64,000 nt of DNA, taken from assembly GCA_963788195.1 (NCBI GenBank), contig CAWBGA010000017.1, positions 1-64,000 of the forward strand. Direction: 5' to 3'. The position numbers were made by a program, and so were the translations under genes. This document shows positions 12,586 through 26,345 of the stretch, piece after piece (within the stretch, counting starts at the first letter, position 1; every line of letters starts with the position of its first letter). The notes below the pieces were generated by a model that saw only the letters and a list, made by a program, of their open reading frames with translations, did not search any database and was not told the origin of the DNA. The stretch is from Nitrospirota bacterium. Lineage in GTDB: Bacteria; Nitrospirota; Nitrospiria; Nitrospirales; NS-4.

Positions 12586-12610
12586 GCGAATGAGATTCTC
12601 TCTGATTTGC
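12586..12610. promoter_or_regulatory. Putative Fur box upstream of feoAB
   Basis: AT-rich imperfect palindrome GCGAATGAGA-TTCTC-TCTGATTTGC in GC-rich DNA just 5' of feoA; resembles the AATGAGAATnATTCTCATT form. Confidence 0.6.
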
Positions 12611-12711
12611 GACCCATGCGGCCGAAGGGGATGGCCACGGCCGCCCCGGGCGTGCAGTCGTTCGCGCGGCGAGGAATGCCGGGCGTCGGCGGGCAAGAAG
12701 GGCGGTCGTCG

Positions 12712-12757
12712 AGCAAGACGAAATGAAGTCGAGCGGTTACATAACATTGCGTATTGC
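12712..12757 (-). other. Chimeric junction with probable nanopore adapter remnants
   Basis: Minus strand reads GCAATACG-CAATGTTATGTAACC-GCTCGACTTCATTTCGTCTTGCT; typA is cut here. Confidence 0.75.
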
Positions 12758-14570
<1,813 letters not shown>

Positions 14571-14769
14571 CCTCCCAGTATAGCGTGCCGAATGCGGCGG
14601 ACTGCCTGACCGTTCGGATATCTGCCCGCAGAAGGCCTTTCACCGCCTGTCATTCCTGCCCGGCGCAGGTCGGCGACGCGTCGAAGTGTGCGACCGAGCG
14701 GCACGGTCGCTTCGCGGTCGGCAGTGCATCGACGGAGTGCGGCAGACCCGGCGGACCCGGCTCGTCGCG

Positions 14770-16502
14770 TCAACGGCCGCGGGAATAGTTTTCGGCGCAG
14801 TAATTGTCGGCGGTCGTGAACTGCGGCTCGATGTCGACCGGCACGGCTAAGAGGCGGTCGAGCGCGCTTCTGCACCGGCGGCCGGACGACGCCCAGCCGG
14901 TCGCCCAGCGCCTTCGCCTCGGCGTAGTCCCCCTCGGCCTGGATCGTCATGATCTCGCGCGTCAGGCCCGTCACCGCTTCCTTGATCTTGACCGGATCGA
15001 CGGCGAACGTGCCGTCGGGCCTGACCACCCCGCCCTGGTCGAGCAGGTAATTCAGCTGCATCGCGATGCCCTTGCCGTGCGCTTCGTTGATGCCGAAGCG
15101 GATCGAGCGGAAGCACGACGCCAGAAACGTCGTGTACAGCGTGCGCTCCATCGACTTCGGCAGCACGCCCTTGTCGATCAGGTACTGCAGCGCAAACAGC
15201 CCGGAGATGTCCGCCTTGGCTTCCTCGAGCAAGCTGGAGGCTTCCTTCATCTCCTGCCGGACCGTCGTCTCGCGCCCGCCGACGGTGATGTTGTGCGGCC
15301 CGAGGCCGTGCATCAGCTCGTGGACCAGGATGTGCGTGAAGAACGCGTCGAACGACAGGTCCTTCTGATCGGCCGGCGACAGCACGACCTTCGAGATCGG
15401 CACCAGCGTCTTCGCGAACTTCGCGTCCTGCACGTTCTTCAGCATCACGCGCTTGCTGCCCTTTTGCGCTGACCACGCGCTCGTCGTTCGGCAGGTTGAA
15501 GGCGGCCGTCTGCACGCCGCGGTTGCGCGTCGCCGGCGGCGTAGATCTCGTTGACGACGACGATCGGCGCCAGCGCGCCGAGCTTCGGGTTGCGGTGCTT
15601 CGGATCGATCGGCAGGTGGTTCTCGATGTCCTGCAGCTCGCCGCCGAACTTCTGCAGCTTCGCGCTCTCCGCCTCGTCGCGCACGGTGATGAACGACTCG
15701 AACGCCGCCTTGTAGTTGAAGAACTCGTCCTCGTAGACCTCGTACGGACCGATCGTCGGCTCGATCGCGCCTTTCAGCTCCATCCACGCCACGTCGCTGT
15801 CGTAGTAGTCGTTCGAGAGGAACGCGTCGGCGCGCTTGGTGAGGAACGTCTTCAGCGTCGGCTCGGTGGCCAGGCGCCGCCGCCTCGCGCAGCAGCGCCG
15901 CCGCCTGCGCCAGCTCGTTCTGATACTCGATGGCTGTAGGGGACGAGCGTGAACGCTCTCGCCCGTCGGCGGATCACGGTGAAGAAGCCGGTGGCGCGCG
16001 CGCGCTCGGCTGCCGGCAGCGTCGCGATCCAGCGCTCGATCTCCGCCTTCGGTCGCGCCCTCCGGATAGAAGTTGGCGCCCGCCGGCTTGGGCGGCGCGC
16101 CGGCGACGAACGGCTCGTTGTGATCGAGCCGCGACCACGGTCCCTTGTTGATCAGGAAATAGTGCAGGCGCGCGCGCCCTTCCGGCGTCTCGTCGCGGAC
16201 GAGATCGAGCAGCATCGCCTCGTTCCCGGCCCAGACCTGGCGCAGGAACAGCGCGTCGATGATCTTCGACGCCTCGACCAGCTTCGCGAGCACCTGGCGA
16301 TCGGCGGGCGACAGCCGCGAGAGGTCGGCGCCGATTTCGGTCGGCGCGAAACGCGCCGCCATCGTGCTCAGCCTCGCTGCCTCGTTCACACCCTCTGTCT
16401 GGGTCTCGATCGCGGTCTTCGACACCGGAGCCTCCACCGCGGGCGAGCGCCGCCGCTACATACGCAGACTGCCGCGCCAACAATCGCAATTTCTCGAATC
16501 AT
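14770..16502 (-). CDS. M49 dipeptidyl-peptidase III family metallopeptidase with probable signal peptide (frameshifted)
   Basis: TIGPYEVYED, AFNLPNDE, HELMHGLG, EEAKAD, FRSIRFG, EAHG motifs. Confidence 0.85.
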
Positions 16503-16648
16503 GGGATCTAGTCTACAACCGGAGATCAGGGGCTGGGGCCGGGGGCTACGGGAGAGGTACTCGCTACGAGGCCATGCCGAGGCGAGCGATGAAGCGCAAT
16601 CGGCGACGACGCAGTTGTTGCCCGAGGCTGCTCAGTCAACCAGGCCTG

Positions 16649-17190
16649 CTAATGCACGCCGCGACTCATTTGCAAAGTGGCGGGGTCCGCACCCAGACGC
16701 CTGATGGCCGTCTCCCACATCCGATCCGCGGGCGTGTTGAAGATCAGCTCGCGATCGACGTCGCCGATCAGCCAGGCCGACGCGTTCAGTTCTGCTTCGA
16801 GCTGCCCGGGGCCCCATCCGGCATACCCGACGATCAACCGCGCGTTCGGCGGCGGGTTGGGCTCGAGCAGACGCCGCAGCAGGTCTGGCGACGTCGACAG
16901 GTACAGGCCTTCGGCGACCGGCACGGCCGGGGTCTCCTCGTACATTTCGCCGCCAACGAGAATCCAGCTCCGCTCCTGCTCGACAGGGCCGCCGACCCAG
17001 ACGTCGAGATCGCAGCTGTTCGTCACGAGCGGCCGGTTGACGACGAGGCCGAACGCCGCCTCGTCGCTGTGCTTGCACAGGAGGACAACCGTCCGGTTGA
17101 AATTCGGGATCCACGAGCTGCGGCATCGACAGCAGCAGCGACGGGGCGAGTGAGGAAGCGAGGGTCCTGTGGGAGACCTCAAGGCGGTGC
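16649..17190 (-). CDS. YqgE/AlgH family protein (start approximate)
   Basis: PNFNRTVVLLCKH, GLVVNRP, GGPV, GYAGWGPGQLEAEL. Confidence 0.9.
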
Positions 17191-17199
17191 CTCCTATAG

Positions 17200-17823
17200 T
17201 TTCATCGCGCTGCGGGCAGCGCAAGTCATCGATGAAGCGTCGGGTCTCCCGACGCCGGGTCTCCTCGTCGGGGGCGCGCAGAAGCGACGAGGGGTGCACC
17301 GTGGCCAGCACGAGCGGCGCCAGCGGCGACTTGATGAACTCCCCGCGGTGCGCCGTTACCTTGAACTGGCGCCCGAGCAGCGCCTGCGCGGCGGTCGCGC
17401 CCAGGCACACGATGCCGCGCGGCTTGACGAGCGCGATCTCGGCGTCGAGCCAGGGCCGGCACGCCGCGATCTCGCCGGCATTCGGCTTCTTGTGATCCGC
17501 CGCTTGCCGCGCGGCTCCCATTTGAAGTGCTTGACGACGTTGGTGATGTAGACCTGGGGCGGTCGATGCCTGCTTCCTCGAGCGCGCGATCCAGAAGCTT
17601 GCCGGCAGGGCCCACAAACGGATGGCCGGCGAGATCTCCGCGTCGCCGGGCTGTTCGCCGACCAACATCAGCGCCGCATGGGGCGCGCCCTCGCCGAAGA
17701 CGGTCTGCGTGGCGCGCTTATAGAGGTCGCACGCCGTGCAGCGCTTCGCCGCGGCGCGGAGGCGCGGCAGCGTCGGGCGATCGGGAATGAAGCCGGCGGC
17801 GTCTTTCGAGGCGGTTTGGACAT
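17200..17823 (-). CDS. udgX: UdgX-type uracil-DNA glycosylase family protein (frameshifted; 3' end approximate)
   Basis: CTACDLY, GEQPGD, KHFKWEPRGKRRI(H)KKPN after restoring one base, HPSSLLR. Confidence 0.8.
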
Positions 17824-17899
17824 ATCAGCGGACCAAGTCCTGCGTCACGACGGTGGCTTCACGACCGACATCTGGGCGGGGTCTCATGAGGCCGCCTAC

Positions 17900-18860
17900 G
17901 TGGTACATATAAGCCCGCCTTCGCAAGTTTTCCTGCGCGACCGCGAGGTTTCGGCGCAGCCCCGCGACTTTCGTCCGCGTCATCGCGCTCCCCCGCATCG
18001 CCTCCCGCAGCTCCTCGTCGCTCATCGCCGCGAGCGTCGCGACCTCCGCGTTCATCCATGCCGGCCGCGGCTGCCACGCGGGATCGCTGGAACGGGGCGC
18101 GATCTGATTCCAGGGACAGACTTCCTGGCAGACGTCGCAGCCGTAGACGTGGGAGCCGATGTCGGCGGCGAACTCGCCGGGAATCGGTCCCCGCTGCTCG
18201 ATCGTCAGATACGAAATGCAGCGCGTCGAGTCGAGCACGCCCGGCGCGACGAGCGCGTGCGTGGGGCACGCCTCGAGGCACAGCGTGCACTCGCCGCACA
18301 GATCGAGGGCGGGCGCGTCCACCTCGAGCGGCAGGCTGCAGATGATCTCCGACAGGAAAATCCACGAGCCGACTTCGGGATTGATCACGCACGTGTTCTT
18401 TCCGATCCAGCCGATGCCGGCATGCTGCGCGTACACGCGCTCCTGCACCGGGCCCGTGTCGACGTAGCGACGCGCCTCGAACGGGGCGTCACGTCTGCGT
18501 CTCGCATCCACGCGAGCAGCGCATCGAGCCGCGCGCCGATGACGTCGTGATAGTCGTCGCCCCACGCGTAGCGGGCGATTTCCGCGCGGCCGGGATCAGC
18601 GCGTTCGGTCGAATACGGGACGGCGGTGTTGTAGATGGTGCCGGTGACGATGACCGTTCGGGCGGAGGGGAGGACGCGGCGAACGTCGGCGCGCTGTTCG
18701 GCCGAGCGGTGAAGGTAGGCCATCTCGCCCGCGTACCCGCGCGCGAGCCATGCTCGAAGAACGTCAGCTCGGGCAGATCGCCAGCCGGCGCGATGCCGCA
18801 CAGATCGAAGCCGAGCTCGCGCGCCTTGCCCTTGATTTCGAGACGAGTCAGTCTTGCCAT
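17900..18860 (-). CDS. queG: tRNA epoxyqueuosine reductase QueG (frameshifted; 3' end approximate)
   Basis: YAWGDDYH, VDTGPVQER, GWIGKN, CGECTLCLEACPT, GCDVCQEVCPWN. Confidence 0.92.
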
Positions 18861-18870
18861 CGACGGCTAA

Positions 18871-18904
18871 TCACGAAGTCACGAAGACCACGAAGGTCAC
18901 GAAG
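18871..18904. repeat. Four tandem CACGAAG units (8-9 bp period), intergenic
   Basis: tcacgaag tcacgaag accacgaag gtcacgaag between the acnA stop and the queG start. Confidence 0.85.
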
Positions 18905-18947
18905 CTTAATACTCTTCGCTGCAACTGCGTGCTCGTGCTAGGCGCTG

Positions 18948-20727
<1,780 letters not shown>

Positions 20728-21042
20728 CCAGGGTCAAACTTTACCGGAGTTCGACCCAAGGTCCTGATTAAATACACATCCTCAGGCTAACACCTGTCCG
20801 AACATCTCGTCGGCACGTGGATTTTGCGATCTGGATTACAACAGACGCAAGATCACCGCCAAATTGGCGACGGGCCGACATGATGAGTTATCAAGGGTTT
20901 ATCCCTAGGCACGTTGGATCTCCCCTTCCCTTCCCCAGCACCAATCTTCGGCGGCATCGGAGCAAAAAGCGGTATTTGTTTGTATTAGCTGCTTCTCGCT
21001 GAAAGACCCTAGAGCCTCCGGGGTACTGATCGTCGCTTTACA

Positions 21043-21089
21043 GGCGCCCAGAGGGCCGAGGGATTCCTCCCTGTGCCCTCTGGTTCGCC
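21043..21089. terminator. Long GC-rich stem-loop downstream of the 142-aa gene
   Basis: GGCG/CGCC, CCAGAGGGC/GCCCTCTGG and AGGGA/TCCCT pairings; no strong U-tract. Confidence 0.5.
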
Positions 21090-21127
21090 GTCGCGTCAGT
21101 TACGTCGGGGTCCAGTGAGATCCCGTC

Positions 21128-21556
21128 TTAGCCGCCGCTTGACCCAAATCCATTTTCCTCATTCAAGCGGTCCAATTGGTCACGGTACCTTTGGTGCCGG
21201 GACACATCATGAAACTTGGCGGGAATGATTCGGACGCAGGAGGCCAGCAACCTGTCTGCCGCCTCTGCTGTGACACCATTTTGTCGCTGATCCAACATCT
21301 CCATAAAGCGATTCATCGCGGTGACAACCGAGCGGTCATCGCCGTAGCGTAAGGCGGTCCGGACAATCTGCAACTGGCCGACGTACGGCTGGAGACTCTC
21401 CGCTGGAAGGATACTCGCAGTCTCTTCGGTGATGGTCTCAATCCAGGCCGGTTGACCTTCGGCCAGGGCACTGGCACCCATGGGAAAGACACAGAGTGCG
21501 AGTGCGACGGTCAGAGCTATAAACCATCCCGTATGTAATATTTTAGACGGATTCAT
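21128..21556 (-). CDS. Exported hypothetical protein (142 aa)
   Basis: AAGGAGGAG Shine-Dalgarno; signal peptide ending ASALA; intact ORF. Confidence 0.8.
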   Translation of the reverse strand: MNPSKILHTGWFIALTVALALCVFPMGASALAEGQPAWIETITEETASILPAESLQPYVGQLQIVRTALRYGDDRSVVTAMNRFMEMLDQRQNGVTAEAADRLLASCVRIIPAKFHDVSRHQRYRDQLDRLNEENGFGSSGG

Positions 21557-21643
21557 AGGTTACTCCTCCTTTTCACAATACAGACCTGTTCCTATCTCAT
21601 GTTGACTCACTGCCGAACAAATGAATGGACCTCCTTTCGTTTG

Positions 21644-21748
21644 TTAGCTAACGCCGATCAGAATGCAGGCGAGTAAGAAGAACGCGAAAACGAAGAACAC
21701 GGGAGAATCTGTATTCGATTTTTCCAGCACAGCGGGCTGACGCTCCAT
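21644..21748 (-). CDS. Small single-pass membrane protein (34 aa), below the ORF-track cut-off
   Basis: MERQPAVLEKSNTDSPVFFVFAFFLLACILIGVS*; AGGAG upstream. Confidence 0.55.
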   Translation of the reverse strand: MERQPAVLEKSNTDSPVFFVFAFFLLACILIGVS

Positions 21749-21821
21749 ACTACAAATCCACTCCTGCTTTACGTCCTCGACGGACTGAGTTTTTTCGAAA
21801 GTCTCATTTTATTTTCTTTGT

Positions 21822-21874
21822 GTCAATATTTAATCCTAGAAAAATATCATGTAGGAATATAACTAAATATTGAC
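21822..21874. promoter_or_regulatory. 11-bp perfect inverted repeat in an AT-rich upstream region
   Basis: GTCAATATTTA (21822-21832) and TAAATATTGAC (21864-21874). Confidence 0.55.
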
Positions 21875-21993
21875 TCCTTAATGTATTTCTGTTCAACGGA
21901 TTGAAGATGATTCTACGACCCGAGAACGGGGGCAGGCGGCAGGGAAATCACAGAGGCGCAAACGGCTGATGGAAACGTTAAGTGAAAAACTGC

Positions 21994-22797
21994 CTAGGAA
22001 GATTGAGAATCTATCTGATAGTGCATCCAGCTCTGGAACCACTGGTAATCACTTTGGTAGGCGTATTCGGCGGGCTGCATCTCGGCGTCTTTCGGCGCAA
22101 GCAGCGCATAGGCGCGCGGCCATTGCTTCGTCCACCAAGACTTGAGCTCGTCCGGCTGATAGGGCGTGCCGTCGGCATTGCTGATGCCGGCAGCGGTGAT
22201 CACGTCACAGACAATCGGCCAGGCGCGGTCCTTCCCCAGGCCTGCCGATCGCAGGTGTTCCTTCAACAAAAAGATGACCCAGACCTCGGTGCTGTGTTTT
22301 TTGTTGTGACGGAAATGAATCAGCTGGCGAAACGGCGTTGAGTTCAGGCTCTTGATCACGGAAGTATAGTCAGGACCACCCAAGCGGCCGGCTGCTTCGG
22401 CAATCCCGTCCAGCAAGGCGGAGAGGTCCAATTCCTGAGCCCGCGGCTCCGCCTTCGGTTTTGGTCCGGAGTCAGTCAGCATCGTGAGAAACGGACGCAG
22501 CTCACGCAGACGCTCCACGGCTTGCTTCAGGATGTGCTCCGATTCAATCCAATAATCGGGTTCATTCTTGGTGATCCGCTCTTTGCCCATCGGCGGCAGA
22601 ACGGGCGGGACCCAGTACCGGATCAAAACGAAGAGGACATAGTTTAGGTCTCCCTTCGCCTGCAATACCTGCGAGAGCGCCTCAAGCGCCCCCGAGCCCG
22701 GCATGAAAAAAGACACGCAGGGTCCCCCCACGCCCAACCGGGTGGCGCTATCGGTCCACCATTTGGTCAACTCATTCCATTGAGCCGGGGTAATCAT
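21994..22797 (-). CDS. Hypothetical protein (267 aa)
   Basis: Intact ORF with normal composition; TACTAT -10 element 6 nt before the ATG; no motif recognised. Confidence 0.75.
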   Translation of the reverse strand: MITPAQWNELTKWWTDSATRLGVGGPCVSFFMPGSGALEALSQVLQAKGDLNYVLFVLIRYWVPPVLPPMGKERITKNEPDYWIESEHILKQAVERLRELRPFLTMLTDSGPKPKAEPRAQELDLSALLDGIAEAAGRLGGPDYTSVIKSLNSTPFRQLIHFRHNKKHSTEVWVIFLLKEHLRSAGLGKDRAWPIVCDVITAAGISNADGTPYQPDELKSWWTKQWPRAYALLAPKDAEMQPAEYAYQSDYQWFQSWMHYQIDSQSS

Positions 22798-22921
22798 GGA
22801 TCGATAGTACCGTTTCCCTGATAAGGTGTCTATTCAGGTTGTCACGTGAACCTGAGGCAGAGACCCTTAGGCCCAAGAACGCACCTGCGGACTTGATCAG
22901 GCAGGCATTGAAAGCGGCAAG

Positions 22922-25900
22922 TTAACCTGTGAGCGCGATCGCCATACCATTGCGCACGAAAATCACATTGAAGCCCGCAGGTTCCTCACCGAATCCCGCA
23001 CGCACAGCTTGCGTGTAGTACGTCGCCTGCTCGCGATACATCTGCGCTCGGTCGGCCATTTCGGTCTCGGTCACGCGATCCGTCTTATAATCCGCCACCC
23101 ACAGCCGGCCCCCTTTGCGATAGACAAGGTCAATACGTCCCTCCATGAGTCCTGTCGGCAACTGTCCAGAAGCAATCCCGTAAGGCATGAGAAATGGGAC
23201 TTCCCGAGCCACGATGGTCGAGGCGCAGAGTTCCGCATAGGCCTCGGAGGTCATGAAGGTTGACAGCATGCTGTAAAGCTCGTCCCGAATCGCTGCGCGC
23301 TCCGTCTGCAGTTCATGGGGAAGCTCGCGGTCCAGTGCCTCCTCGATAATCTGATGTATCGGTTGATGTTTATCGTCATAAGCCAAGTTGCGGAGGATCG
23401 CATGCGCTAATGAACCGAGTACGATTGCACCCGCCCGCCCCGCGCCCGCCAAGACGGGCGCCTTTCCCGTGGCACCCGCCCTTCCCCGGGACGCGTCGGG
23501 ACGCGTCCGTTTCACGGCAAGTGAGGTCGGTGTCACGATGATGGGATTTTCCAGACGGCGGCGATAATCAGCTTCCCGCTTGTGCCAGCGCGGCACAAAA
23601 TCCGCGAGATCAGCAACTGGCTCCGCGGGGCCTGCCTCACGTCTTCCACGTCCATGCCTTTCCTTCGTCCGGCGGGAGGATTGCCTGGGTGATTCTGCCC
23701 TCCCCGACTTCCAAGACGGGCATGTCCTGTCTTCCCACTGTTTCCCCGATAGCGTGCCGGAACAGGGCGAGAAAATTTCCGGATGCGGGGCGCCGGCTCA
23801 GTGCTCCGGACAGCACCAGCCGCTCCTTGGCCCGGGTCATGCCGACATACAGCAGGCGCCGCTGTTCGGCGGTCATCCGCGCGGCCAGCTTTTCGGCGAT
23901 GAAGACGCTCTCCAGGGTACCGATGCCTTCGAAGCGCAGTCCCACAACATCCGTCGACCAGTCATGATGCACCTCGATGGGATTTTGCTGCAACGGAATG
24001 CCCGCCTGGAGGCCGACGAGCACCACGATGGGAAACTCCAGTCCTTTCGCCTTATGAATCGTCAGCACCCGCACCGCATCCGAGGACTCCTCCGCCAAGC
24101 CCCCCTCGGACTCATCGGGTGGATCTGCGATACGCGCCGCGAGCAACTCCGCCACGCCGGCCAGGGTGAGGGCAGGATCGCCCACGAGCTGCTCAGTCAG
24201 CGCCCGTACCTTCCAGAGATTCGCCATCGCCTGCTCACCGTGCGCGGAAGCCGCCGCCAATTCCAGCACCGGCAACCGCTCGAAGATCAAATCGATTGCG
24301 TTCGGCAGCGGCAGACGCGGACAGTCCTCATGCAATGTTTGTAGCACCGCGTATAGGCGATGGAGATGCTCCGCCTTGGGATGCTCATCCAAACGACCAT
24401 GCGCGCCCGGCCGGTAATCAAGCGCGCCCAGCGCGGTGAGCTCCATCACCTCGCGATCAGAGAGCGCGCCGAGCGTCGAGCGCATCAGGCCCAGCCGCGC
24501 TACGGCGTCGTCCGGGTTCTGAATACACCGCAGCACGTTGACGAGATCCATGACTTCCTGGCGCTGATAAAAATGCTTTTCTCCTTCCGCGAGGTACGCG
24601 AGACCGTAGCGACGCAACGCGTCGAGATAATGTCTCCCCTGGCTGAACGTGCGAAACAGCATCGCCACATCACCGGGCTCGGCCTTGCGCCAGCGGCCGG
24701 CTGCGTCGAGCAGGAGTTCCTTCCCGATAATGTCGTGCTTCACCCATCGCGCCACGGCCTCGGCCTCACTTCGAACCGCCTCTTCCGCGTTGAGCTCATC
24801 GGTCTCCCCACTGTCCTCGTCGTGGGCGACCAGGCGGAGTTCCACACCCGGTGTCCCCGCGCCCATTGGCCGAACCGGTTGAGGCTCTATGGGATGATAC
24901 GCAGGCTGCAGACCCGGTTGCTCGGTGATGAGCAGGGCGAACAGACCATTAACCGCGGCGAGGATCGAGGCATGGCTTCGAAAGTTCGTGATCAACGTCA
25001 GCGCCAGGCCGCCCTGGCCAACGACGAGGTCCGTGACCTGTTGAAACGCTTCGATGTCCGCCCGTCGAAACGCAAAGATGGATTGCTTGGGATCTCCGAC
25101 AATAAACAGCTTCCCCGGCTCAAGTCTTACATCCTGCCAGCGGCTCGCCGCATCATCCGGCCGCTCACACAAGAACAATAAGATTTCGTATTGGACGGGA
25201 TCCGTGTCCTGAAACTCGTCCACCAGGATCGCCTTGAACTGCTGCTTGACCCTCCTTCTGATCTCGGGGTGATGCTTGAGCAGCTCCCGTGCCCGGGCGA
25301 GCAGGCCGTCAAAGCCGACCCAGCCGGCTTCAAGAAATCGACGCCGGCATCCTTCGGCAAACGGAGCTAAGATCGTGAGGACGGCGGCGAGATACTGCTG
25401 GTCGGTGTTGACCAGGCCCTTGGCCGTTTCGATCAATGCGCACGCCTCCTCGAAGTCCCGCTCCTCCCATTGATTCGGCGGTTTTGCCCCCGGGTCTTTC
25501 TCTCGTAGGAAGGCCAGGAGATCGGGCCTCAACTTGAGAGCGCCTTCCAGCCCCCCCGACAGCACCAGCTCGAAAAGCTGTGCCGAGGCGGCGAGAAGCT
25601 TTTCCACCTGGCGCGGTTCCCGCTGGCCGTGACGCTCCCCTCTCAACAGGTCCAGCGCCCGCTCCAGTCGTTTTTCAAGCCATGTTCGAATCACGGGTGA
25701 TAGCGGACCTGGCTTCATCTGCGCCATCAACACGGAAAGAGGCACAAGGTCGTTCGTGAGCCGCATCGCCAATACACGCAAGCTCTCAAGACTGGTTCGG
25801 CGAAGAACGCGCCTCCAGGTCTCATGCCGTACGCCCAGGGGACCAAGTTCGCCCGTGAGCCATTCCTGCCAATCACGATCAAAATGCCGCTCAAACCCCG

Positions 25901-26345
25901 TGCCGTCATCAGGTTCAAAGCGTGGATCCACGCCGGCTTCGATCGGGTAGCTGCGAATCAGATGCGCCGCGAAGCTGTGAATCGTCCCGATCTGGCTTCG
26001 CTCGAGCTCCCGGAGAGCGCGATCCACCCGTGTACGGATCTCCTCAGATGAGATGCCATTGGTCACGGCAAGATCTGCGCACGCCTCAGAATCCAACCGC
26101 AGATCCAGCAAACGTTCCCGCAAGCGCATCTTCATCTCATAGGCCGCTTTTTCCATGAAGGTCAGCGCCACGATCTCGGGAAGCGAAACGGGATCTGGAG
26201 ACTTCATGAGCAACTGCAGGAGGCGGTCCACAAGCAGGGTCGTCTTGCCGGTGCCCGCGCTGGCGGTGACCACGATATTGCGGTCGAAGGTCGTCGCGGC
26301 AGAGTGCCGCGCGTCGGCATCGCTGAGTTGAAGGGCCTCAGGCAT
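22922..26345 (-). CDS. addA: AddA-like UvrD helicase with C-terminal PD-(D/E)XK nuclease (one frameshift near 23640)
   Basis: ASAGTGKT, VDEFQDTD, VGDPKQSIFAFRRAD, TIHKAKGLEF, YVGMTRA; C-terminal GRIDLV...DYKT. Confidence 0.88.

Noticed and set aside
20728..21040. Riboswitch, ncRNA or gene at the start of segment C
   Set aside because: Only short palindromes and weak ORFs are visible, with no motif I can match. An Infernal/Rfam scan would settle it.
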